From NCBI GenBank assembly GCA_034416335.1, contig DAOULV010000023.1, forward strand, positions 768-64,767: DNA of 64,000 bases. Reading direction: 5' to 3'. A program made the translations under genes and the position numbers. The notes beneath the pieces are model-generated. The model ran no database searches, was not told the origin of the DNA, and was given only the letters and a program-made list of their open reading frames with translations. This stretch comes from Dehalococcoidales bacterium (GTDB taxonomy: Bacteria; Chloroflexota; Dehalococcoidia; Dehalococcoidales; UBA2162). Below are positions 9,257-17,132 of the stretch, piece by piece (the stretch's first letter is position 1; each line of letters opens with the position of its first letter).

Positions 9257-11052
9257 CATATCAGTCGGTACCACAGGAAGAATCGCCTGAAATGCAAAAT
9301 GAAGAGTTTAGCCTAAGTAATTTTCTGAATATTAGCTACGGAGTCATTGGTAGAACTGCATCGACGAGATTTGAACCCAACACTTCCGGTAAATTCCACT
9401 TTTGGTTATCGAAACTTGCGCCTAATCTTCCAGCTGATGATGATCATGAAGTTCCTACTCCTAACGAAACTCAAGAAGTTGGTAGAGACCGGGAAGAAGT
9501 GGCGCCAATAGAAATAGGAAATATCGTGGCTGCATATTCAGATGATGAGGTAGATATTACATTTGGTACAGTAACAGAAATGAGATCATATAGCGATGTG
9601 GAGAGTTTCATTTCTGATTATTTAAGTCATGATTTTGGCGATGCCACTATTCAAGTTCCGACTGATATTACTGAAGTAATTGTTGTCACTTGTGCTGTAA
9701 TGCGTAATATATCACTTAAGACCAAGCCCGTGGGGAGATCTCGAGTATATTTCCCGAGTACATTAGGGATTCAATTTTCCTACGGAATCGTTGATGAAAA
9801 TGGTGAAATAACCTTTAGAGGTGCGCCTATACCCTTTGGAGTATTTGAAAACGGTGATGGCACTATTGCTCCAATCAGTGTAGACGAAAATTTCTTACTC
9901 GGACCGGAAGGCGCTCATCTTAATGTTTCTGGTATTTCAGGCTTAGCATCAAAAACTTCAGCAATTGAATTTACGATCAACTCTCTTCTCACTCACACTC
10001 GTAAGAGACTGGCTGTAGTGATGTTCAATGTTAAAAGTCAAGATTTACTTTACATCGATCAGGTGAATCCGAGACTCGCGGAGGAAGAATGGTCACAATG
10101 GGCATATGACATTTTAGGTGTACCTCAAGAACCATTTGCTAATGCAAGTTTCTATGCACCTGCAGATCCTAGAAATGCACCAGATGGGACACAGAGTTCC
10201 AGAAGTCTTGAAGTACAGCCCTTCGAATGGAATTTACCTATGATTTATCAGCAAATTCCAACTCTATTTGACCAGATGGATTGGGATGATAGGATGGAAG
10301 GAGTCTGGTTTACAATACAGGGCGATATAGAAAGTGGCCAAATTTTATCTTACGGGCAAATGGTTAATTCGGTTCAAAATCTTATCAATACAGCAACAAA
10401 TAATCAGCGACAATGGGTAAGAGGCAACCATATTTCTACTTGGCAAAAAATGTTATCACACTTAAGGCGATTTCCACAATCTTATCAAGGATTGATAACA
10501 CCTGCTGGTACGGGTAGGGACATACCATGGAATGAGTTACAGGAAAATAGTGTTTGGATCATCGACATTGAAATGCTCGCTGATCGAGGTCAAAGGCTGG
10601 TATTTGGTCGTTCAGTGTATGCTATTAGCGAGATGTTAGAATCTGATGATAGCAACCTAGACGCAGTTGTAGTATTTGTTGACGAATTAAACAAATTTGC
10701 TCCTTCAGGAAATGTTAGAACTCCACTGAAATCTAGGTTAATTGATATCACAGCAAGAGGACGAAGCATAGGAATGGTTCTTTTCGGTGCGGAACAATTT
10801 GTTTCATCAGTAGACAGAGAAATCGTCGAAAATAGTTCAACGTATCTATTCGGACACACTGAAACAAATGAACTACGTAGCCCTACATTTAGTGCGTTGA
10901 GTGATGAAGTAAAAACAAAATTGACGATGCTTCCTCAAGGACAACTGTTAATTAAATTTGCAAAATTCCCACAGCCAATATTCTTGAAATTCCCATTTCC
11001 CGCATGTTGTCCTGGTGATCAATATAGTTCAGAAGACGTGGGAGATCAGTAG
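9253..11052 (+). CDS. HerA/FtsK-superfamily (DUF87-like) ATPase
   Basis: ORF track 599 aa with an ATGA overlap with the NurA-like gene. It has a HAS-barrel-like N-terminus, a deviant Walker A SGISGLASKTS (nt 9931-9960), a Walker B VVVFVDE (nt 10665-10686) and ARGRSIGMVLFGAEQ. Confidence 0.65.
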   Translation: MTYQSVPQEESPEMQNEEFSLSNFLNISYGVIGRTASTRFEPNTSGKFHFWLSKLAPNLPADDDHEVPTPNETQEVGRDREEVAPIEIGNIVAAYSDDEVDITFGTVTEMRSYSDVESFISDYLSHDFGDATIQVPTDITEVIVVTCAVMRNISLKTKPVGRSRVYFPSTLGIQFSYGIVDENGEITFRGAPIPFGVFENGDGTIAPISVDENFLLGPEGAHLNVSGISGLASKTSAIEFTINSLLTHTRKRLAVVMFNVKSQDLLYIDQVNPRLAEEEWSQWAYDILGVPQEPFANASFYAPADPRNAPDGTQSSRSLEVQPFEWNLPMIYQQIPTLFDQMDWDDRMEGVWFTIQGDIESGQILSYGQMVNSVQNLINTATNNQRQWVRGNHISTWQKMLSHLRRFPQSYQGLITPAGTGRDIPWNELQENSVWIIDIEMLADRGQRLVFGRSVYAISEMLESDDSNLDAVVVFVDELNKFAPSGNVRTPLKSRLIDITARGRSIGMVLFGAEQFVSSVDREIVENSSTYLFGHTETNELRSPTFSALSDEVKTKLTMLPQGQLLIKFAKFPQPIFLKFPFPACCPGDQYSSEDVGDQ

Positions 11053-11147
11053 AGCACAATATTGTCTCTAGCATTGTCATTAATCGCAGTGTTATTTACT
11101 GCTAATGCAGTATATTGTACTGCAAAAATATACAAGTTGATACACGA

Positions 11148-11972
11148 TTAAGGGAGGACCTTCTTCAGATACTCCTGCCAGTATCCTTCATCATCACCTA
11201 CTATCTCATGAAGCCAGCAATACATCATCAATATCTCGAATTCTTGTTTCCTGCCTTTTGTGAAAGCTTTTTTGGGCATTTTCGTATACAGTGAGTTGAT
11301 ATTAAACAGGTTCGTACCTTTCTTGAAATCGTATTCATACTTCATCCAAGGATCTTGTGTCGTTAATTTATGAGTGGATGGCCAGAGGTCCTTATTGTCC
11401 CAAAAATAATTCACCCAATTCTCTGCGAACGTCATAACGTTCACTCGATATTTCATCCATGTCTTATTAATCCAGTCATTGATGTCTTCAGAGAAAAAAG
11501 GTGACTCTGATCTCCAGGCTTGCTGACTCTGTATTCGATGATATTCTTTTATAAACAGGAACAGCATTTCGGTCTGGTCTCTGAGGAAAGGATACTTCTT
11601 AATCAACTTAGAATAACAGTCGTATGATAAGCTTCTGAATTCTTGGTCTGTGTTGAAGAGAAAGAAGAACACATTTTGATCTAGAATGAAACCAATAGCT
11701 CTATTAACATAGCTCCCATGGTCAGTGTTTATCCCAACAAGCCAATCCTGGATTTCTGGATCGTATTCCCGTAGCTGTTTTCGGTACTTTTCTATCTTCT
11801 CATTTTGTAATACGGTTTTATTCTCTGCAACCGTAATATTCAGGTAGTTATTAAAATATTCGAAAACATAGTTAACACATATCCGTAGATTTTCCGTTCG
11901 AGTATCGGCATCAAATTCATCAATCTTATCTTCTTTCTTACGGCGAATAATATAGTCTTCAAGTCTTAACAT
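11148..11972 (-). CDS. hypothetical Trp/Tyr-rich protein
   Basis: ORF track 274 aa with an AAGGAGA SD before ATG 11972. No family was recognised. Confidence 0.5.
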   Translation of the reverse strand: MLRLEDYIIRRKKEDKIDEFDADTRTENLRICVNYVFEYFNNYLNITVAENKTVLQNEKIEKYRKQLREYDPEIQDWLVGINTDHGSYVNRAIGFILDQNVFFFLFNTDQEFRSLSYDCYSKLIKKYPFLRDQTEMLFLFIKEYHRIQSQQAWRSESPFFSEDINDWINKTWMKYRVNVMTFAENWVNYFWDNKDLWPSTHKLTTQDPWMKYEYDFKKGTNLFNINSLYTKMPKKAFTKGRKQEFEILMMYCWLHEIVGDDEGYWQEYLKKVLP

Positions 11973-12150
11973 GTCATCTCCTTGATAATGTTACTTCAAC
12001 AAAATCTTTTCTATTTCCAAGGTAGATGTCAAGACTTACAGAATAGCATCTTTATGGAATAATGGAATAGCAAAAGGCGACGAATCAGCCGGTCATGAAG
12101 AATCGGCAGGCATTGATGATGAAGACAAAAATTGCGGTAAGAATTTCGTA

Positions 12151-12179
12151 TTGACTTCTGTTTTAGCCTCAATTATAAT
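12151..12179 (+). promoter_or_regulatory. near-consensus sigma70-like promoter with no ORF downstream
   Basis: TTGACT (12151-12156), 17-nt spacer, TATAAT (12174-12179). AGGAGG at 12191-12196 is not followed by a start codon. Confidence 0.4.
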
Positions 12180-12242
12180 CCAAAACAGAAAGGAGGCAAG
12201 CGGTCGGTTCAGCAAGCGACTGGTTGCTTTTCTGCCGAGAAG

Positions 12243-12285
12243 CTCTTAATCAGCCGGTTGGAGGTTCGAGTCCTCCGCGGCTCAG
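12243..12285 (+). repeat. tRNA-Lys(CUU) 3'-half fragment, att-like direct repeat copy 1
   Basis: Anticodon loop CTCTTAA, stem TCAGC, variable CGGTT, T-arm GGAGG-TTCGAGT-CCTCC, acceptor GCGGCTC plus A. No matching 5' half (GAGCCGC) lies upstream. It matches 16412-16454 at 42 of 43 positions. Confidence 0.75.
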
Positions 12286-12327
12286 ACTCAATTCCTAGAA
12301 TCGATTTTTGGAATTTTTCATATTCTT

Positions 12328-12480
12328 TCAGTTTCTCAAATCTTCGTATATATCCTTGAAGTTTTCTTTCAATTCATCCGGAGATGTGCCCTGACTTCTA
12401 TAGTCGGGATATTCTTCTAGCCAGCCCACCCACATGCCATTCTCATGGTAGTAAATAAACTCAAGAGTTTCCATTTTCAT
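12328..12480 (-). CDS. small HicB/UPF0150-like protein (about 50 aa)
   Basis: Internal ATG 12480 of ORF 12328..12621. METLEFIYYHENGMWVGWLEEYPDYRSQGTSPDELKENFKDIYEDL resembles the HicB N-terminal fold. No HicA partner was seen. Confidence 0.4.
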   Translation of the reverse strand: MKMETLEFIYYHENGMWVGWLEEYPDYRSQGTSPDELKENFKDIYEDLRN

Positions 12481-12583
12481 CCTACCCGCTTGTAAAATCC
12501 AATCATTTGAAATTATATCAGAATTTCTATAATAAAAAATATGTTCTGTCAAAAGCAAATACAAAGAATGGGGGAAGATTAAT

Positions 12584-12985
12584 CTATTTCTTTCTGTCAG
12601 ACTTTCTAGGTTTTGATTCAAAGAATTTAATCACCTTCTCTCGCAGGTATCGTTCGGCAAATGAATTAACGGTGCCGTCAGGATATATTATTCTGTTGCC
12701 GATAAGAGGTTTCATTTTATTCTCTAATGCCACCTCAGAAAGAGAAGTCCCGAGTTTATCCTTGAGTTCTTTTAAACTGTAAGTAGTATTTTGCCAGAGT
12801 CATTCCCATAATTTATTTACCGATTCACCGGGAGAGCCTTTGATTTTACTGATACGCCTTATATCCAGGCTAGTCCATGCAACGATGATTTTTACCAGCT
12901 CTGGATTGTCATCGAGTAACAGCACAATCTCAGGCTTTTCATTCTGTTTGAACCAGTCCAACTTTTCGGTATATAGATTGTCCAT
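12584..12985 (-). pseudogene. paralogue of the 22150..22521 small protein, interrupted by an in-frame TGA
   Basis: It aligns end to end with the 127-aa ORF (DNLYTEKLDWFKQNEKPEIVL... and ...NRIIYPDGTVNSFAERYLRE). TGA 12800-12802 sits where the paralogue has Trp. ATG 12985 lies 4 nt after the ParB-like stop. Confidence 0.6.
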
Positions 12986-12989
12986 TGAA

Positions 12990-13637
12990 CTATACCCGGT
13001 ACCGAATATATGGGTAATTTTCAAGATAGAAACGTGCTAAGTGCGTGAGTGCATGGCTGCGTGATGGTTCTTCTTTTATTCTAGATATCAAATCCAGGGC
13101 GAGGTTTATTTCTCTGGCTTCAGATTCTTCTACCATAAAAGTAAAGCTGACGGGAATAGTGAACTTACCTCCTTCAGAAGTGTTTGATATGATTTCGTCT
13201 GCCTCAAGGTGTGATAGGCGTTTTAATTCCTCAATCTGTTTATTGTTATCTGGAAGAAGTGCCGTCAGTTCATCAGCTTCGTAGGATTTAAAAAGGTTTT
13301 CTAAAAGTATTGCTCTTCGCTCGGGGACTTCTTTACCAGACAGTCGATTAAGGGTTGCCAGATAAAGTCTTGTCTGAGAATCGTCAAGTTTCCAGACCAG
13401 GCAGTTTATTGTTCGATAACTAAGAGCGCGAAGTACACGTAAACGATTATGCCCATTGATAATCTGAAACTTACCTCTTTCGCTAGGATGCAGACGAACC
13501 GTCAACGGTTCATACCTGCCACTCCGCTCTATATGACGCCTTAGTTTACGGGCTGTTTCCGCATTCATAAAGTTACTGTTTTCTGGATGTTCGACCAATA
13601 ATTCAATAGGGATTTCCTGTATTTTTATATTATCCAT
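12990..13637 (-). CDS. ParB/Srx N-terminal-domain protein (ParB-like nuclease domain)
   Basis: ORF track 12990..13724. ATG 13637 is preferred because it avoids a 77-nt overlap. IPIELLVEHPENSN...YEPLTVR...FQIINGHNRLRVLRAL is the ParB-N pattern. Confidence 0.65.
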   Translation of the reverse strand: MDNIKIQEIPIELLVEHPENSNFMNAETARKLRRHIERSGRYEPLTVRLHPSERGKFQIINGHNRLRVLRALSYRTINCLVWKLDDSQTRLYLATLNRLSGKEVPERRAILLENLFKSYEADELTALLPDNNKQIEELKRLSHLEADEIISNTSEGGKFTIPVSFTFMVEESEAREINLALDLISRIKEEPSRSHALTHLARFYLENYPYIRYRV

Positions 13638-13647
13638 TTTATCTATT

Positions 13648-14595
13648 CTATTCGAATAAGTTTCCCTGAGAAGGAATCTCAGTGGAATTCGACCAGTGTC
13701 CGACAATATTACAGCTTCCGCCAATATCCGGGTTCATGCAGCCACAAACTGAGATCTCTATACCGTATATACCAGCGATTCTCTTTACATTCTCGTATAT
13801 TTCATTCCGCGTAGAGGGAGGTAGAGGGACGATAGAAGAATGAGGAGAAAGAACAGGCATACGCCCGGATAAATAGTGACTCATTATACGTTTGGTTATC
13901 GAACTGTCGTTTATATATTTTTGCAGGTTTCGAGCAATCATCGGACGTAGAAATAGTGTGCTTATTGCCGCTTTTTTTATGCCCGTATTAGCTAAAGTCT
14001 CTAATAGACTATTCATGGATACCTCAGTATCGGTAATTCCTGGTATTATGGGTATTATCCTAGCCTCAACTTGTATACCTGCATTGACCAGAGCTTCTAT
14101 TTGCTTGAGACGTACACTTACAGAAGCAGCATTGGGCTCAAAGATGCGTCTTACCGAATCATCTGCGGTGATTGTGCCTATCTGGACTCTGACGATATGA
14201 GCATGTTCTCGCAAAAGACCTAGAGTTTTCTCCGGTATTTTCCCCTTGGTTAAAAAAGCCACCCCAATATCTTTGGCAAGCAATAGATTTAAAACACGGT
14301 GACTTAGTTCCAGCACGTTCTCTAGAGGTTGAAAAAGGTCACTCGAGGGGCTGAAATACACTGCCTGCGGTAATTTCCTTTTTAATGAGAGTTCTTTTTC
14401 CAATTTTTCCAGGATGTTAACGTATAAAGAAACTTTGTTGTCGCCTGGATATACGGAGTATCCGCGAGCGTAGCAATAGAGACAACTATGAGCACATCCC
14501 AGGGTTAAATTAACTGTCGGAATATTAGACAGGCAGGAGAGACTGGATGGAGTGAGAATTGCAGATTTTCTTTCTGTATATTTCAACACTACCAT
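13648..14595 (-). CDS. radical SAM protein, COG1533 / SplB-like ('DNA repair photolyase') family
   Basis: ORF track 315 aa. The CxxxCxxC cluster GCAHSCLYCYARG lies near the N-terminus. Size and layout are typical of COG1533. Confidence 0.75.
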   Translation of the reverse strand: MVVLKYTERKSAILTPSSLSCLSNIPTVNLTLGCAHSCLYCYARGYSVYPGDNKVSLYVNILEKLEKELSLKRKLPQAVYFSPSSDLFQPLENVLELSHRVLNLLLAKDIGVAFLTKGKIPEKTLGLLREHAHIVRVQIGTITADDSVRRIFEPNAASVSVRLKQIEALVNAGIQVEARIIPIIPGITDTEVSMNSLLETLANTGIKKAAISTLFLRPMIARNLQKYINDSSITKRIMSHYLSGRMPVLSPHSSIVPLPPSTRNEIYENVKRIAGIYGIEISVCGCMNPDIGGSCNIVGHWSNSTEIPSQGNLFE

Positions 14596-16208
14596 ATGTA
14601 TTCACCTTTAAGATTCAGGTAATGCTCTTTAGACTTGTGTGAAAATATGTAAGCAAAGTTACCTCTAAGTTTTAAGGTTTTGGTCATATCACAGACCATA
14701 ATGTCATTAAGCGAAAAAGCAGTCATGTGATCGATGAGTTCACGAGAAGTCAGATCCATATCGATGATAATCGTGTAATCACAAACAGTCATGAGGCAAT
14801 CAATAATACTTCTCCCGTCTGTAGTTACCAGACATTCGGGGTTGAATTTCCGTGCGGGAAGTACGAAATCCTGGTTCTTTATATCTCCACATACTTTAGA
14901 ATCTAACAATGTCATGCTCTTATAGAACCGGGTAAGTGATACAAGAGAGTATATTTTTTCGTTCGTTCTATACTTACTTGAATTCGAAATTGCCAGATTG
15001 TCTACTCCCCCTCCGGTTGGAGACAGACTGTTTTCAGGAAGGACCGATTCGATGTTAGATGTAGGAAATAAATCTTTGAGCATCTCTGTTAACTTTTCAG
15101 AATCTAAATTTACAAAGAAGAAATTACCGCAGGTATCTAGCACTTTCGAGATCAAAGCAATTCTTATCCCGTCGGTTTTAGTTGACGGAAGTACCCGACT
15201 TAACCAATTCCTGTAGTCATCGCCAGTATATTCCAGACTACCAATTTACGCTTGCATATTATCTTGAAGAAAGAATCTGGCAGGATTAGGAGGTTCCAGA
15301 TCAACAGATCGCAGTCGGAATCTCGGTGTGAATCCGAATTGTCCTCCCAATTTCTGGATTTTACGGCAAAGTGTGGCAACAAGGCTGCTGCTTCCAGCTC
15401 CTATATCTAAAAACTCTATAGTAATATCATCATTGAAATATTTGTGCTCGGATTGGATTACAGGTTTAACAATACCCTGAAATATTTGTCTTCCTCGTTC
15501 GGCGGTCCATGGGTCGGTTGCATATTTAATACTATCTACAAATTTATTTAGTAGTTGGAAACTTTTCCCCCGCTTTTCTATAGACACTGCAGGATAGAAG
15601 AAGAGTGACATCGGAGAATCCTTAGATAGTGAATACTGCCTGTAATGAAAAAATAATTCCGGTTTCTTATCTCCATTAACTGTAATCACAGGAAGAAAAC
15701 GGGAGTCGTCTAAAGAGTTAGGAAACTTCAGTTTAGCTAAGAGATAGCAAGGATTCCGCGTTGTACAGATTCCGGCAGCGAGTATCTCAGCGTCGGAATC
15801 TGTTAAGATTATTCCGAAGCATTCGAAACCTAAAACCGCCCTAAGTGCGCTTAACCATGATTGAGTAGCGCAGGTTTCCGAATAATTTGATAGAAAAGTG
15901 TTGAGTAAAGAAAAGTAATGGTAACAGAAATCTTTCATTAATGAGGAACTAAATCCACAGTGAATATAATTTCTCCAAACAAAATGAAGCTTGTAAAGAT
16001 TATCCTCTAATTCCTTGTGTTTAAGTTCATACAATGGCTGCCAGTATGCATTCCAATCCTTTGTTTCTAAAATAAACCTTCCACTATTAAAAACCTTAAC
16101 ACTGGTAAGGATAGTATCTTTCTCCAGGACTGACAAAAGTAGTCCCCTATTACGGACTCTTATAAGATTATTTAGCGGTATCGCTGCTGTTTTCATTTCC
16201 GATTCCAA
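14589..16208 (-). pseudogene. about 539-codon class I SAM-methyltransferase-like gene interrupted by a single in-frame TAA
   Basis: ORFs 15246..16208 and 14589..15155 share one frame and are separated only by TAA 15246-15248, with 30 sense codons bridging them. Motif I IEFLDIGAGSS and RSVDLEP lie just before the stop. The 3' end overlaps the rSAM start (ATGGTAG). Confidence 0.55.
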
Positions 16209-16230
16209 AATATATCATATGTGTATGCAA

Positions 16231-16279
16231 AGAACAAGTGTTCTATTGGCATAATAACACTATATAATTTTTAAGACAA
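16231..16279 (-). promoter_or_regulatory. promoter plus LexA/SOS-box-like operator of the islet operon
   Basis: On the minus strand: TTGTCT (16279-16274), 17 nt, TATTAT (16256-16251), then the palindrome AGAACAAGTGTTCT (16231-16244, GAAC-N4-GTTC) 22 nt upstream of ATG 16208. Confidence 0.45.
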
Positions 16280-16411
16280 TGGTATTTTGACGTGATTATC
16301 GTGTGACGTTGAGTAAAGAAAAGCAGATTCGTTTTTTAACAAACCTGCTTTAACAAGATACGTACGTTCTTTATATCGATAAATATGATTCTTTTTATCC
16401 GGGAAAATCAC

Positions 16412-16454
16412 CTCTTAATCAGACGGTTGGAGGTTCGAGTCCTCCGCGGCTCAG
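16412..16454 (+). repeat. tRNA-Lys(CUU) 3'-half fragment, att-like direct repeat copy 2
   Basis: Same 43-nt sequence as 12243-12285 with one mismatch, in the anticodon stem. No 5' half lies upstream. Confidence 0.75.
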
Positions 16455-16496
16455 CATGAAGCTGGTAAGCCTGGTTGAAAATATAAGGCGACTGGT

Positions 16497-16949
16497 TCAG
16501 GTAACATTCCCTATAAACGGGTTCTCGGCGCGTTTCTCTATTTGTAGACAAATCGATGTTTCGATTCTGATAATCCCGTCTATCTTACCTATCTCACTTT
16601 CCAGCAAGTTGTAAAGTTCTTCGGTCGAACTAACCCACCAGACGGTCCTGACATTAAACAGTCCACTTGTTGCACCTACCCAGGCAGCATTCGGATATTT
16701 ACTCAGCGCCTTCAGGACCGATTTTATTTTTTCGTGAGAAACCTCAAGTGAAATGAACGCCACGACGGGTAACCCGACTTTTTCAAGGTTTGGGACCGCT
16801 CTGATGTGTATTATCCCCTGCTCAAGCAGGTTTTTCATTCTGCGTCTTATCGTGGAAGAGCTGGTGTTTAGTTGCTTGGCTAGTGAGGTACTGTTGACAT
16901 TAGCGTCGTGCATCAGTAGTTCTATTATTTGAGTATCCAGTAAATCCAT
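16497..16949 (-). CDS. Lrp/AsnC-family transcriptional regulator
   Basis: ORF track 16497..16976. ATG 16949 has a GAGAGG SD. There is an HTH (TSLAKQLNTSSSTIRRRMKNLLEQGII) plus a C-terminal RAM-like domain. Confidence 0.8.
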   Translation of the reverse strand: MDLLDTQIIELLMHDANVNSTSLAKQLNTSSSTIRRRMKNLLEQGIIHIRAVPNLEKVGLPVVAFISLEVSHEKIKSVLKALSKYPNAAWVGATSGLFNVRTVWWVSSTEELYNLLESEIGKIDGIIRIETSICLQIEKRAENPFIGNVT

Positions 16950-17132
16950 TGTAATACCTCTCAGGCAATTTAGCACAATATTTACGATTATACAAGCAAT
17001 ATAGTCAAATTACCTGACAATCCATCAATTATAAATCATGCCTGCGCGACATATGGGAACCCGACATCGAAAGCATTATTAGACCGGACCCAATTATATG
17101 TGTATAACCGGGGTCCTGTAGATATGCCGGGA

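Noticed and set aside
7284-11052. Classifying the locus as Druantia (because of DUF4338), or the MTase region as BREX
   Set aside because: No DruB-E-like large helicase (DUF1998) gene and no PglZ, BrxC or BrxL genes are in the window. The MTase has a type IIG/ISP-like layout rather than sitting in a BREX context.
12083-12093. An 11-nt match (aatcagccggt) to the att core, 150 nt upstream of copy 1, as a third att remnant or arm site
   Set aside because: It is too short to distinguish from chance without statistics or comparative data.
12243-12285. Intact tRNA genes at 12243-12285 and 16412-16454
   Set aside because: Only the anticodon loop to the 3' end is present. The upstream sequence cannot form the anticodon-stem 5' strand, the D-arm or the GAGCCGC acceptor strand. 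I called them att-like fragments instead.
12186-12285. tmRNA or another tRNA-like RNA driven by the 12151 promoter
   Set aside because: No 5' acceptor strand is complementary to GCGGCUC, there is no tag-peptide reading frame, and the same 3' fragment recurs at 16412 without the upstream part.
12800-12802. TGA in the small islet gene as selenocysteine
   Set aside because: It aligns with Trp (TGG) in the intact paralogue, which is a single transition. I find no stable hairpin downstream, and the neighbouring gene carries an in-frame TAA, so decay is the simpler explanation. I keep it as an unresolved caveat.
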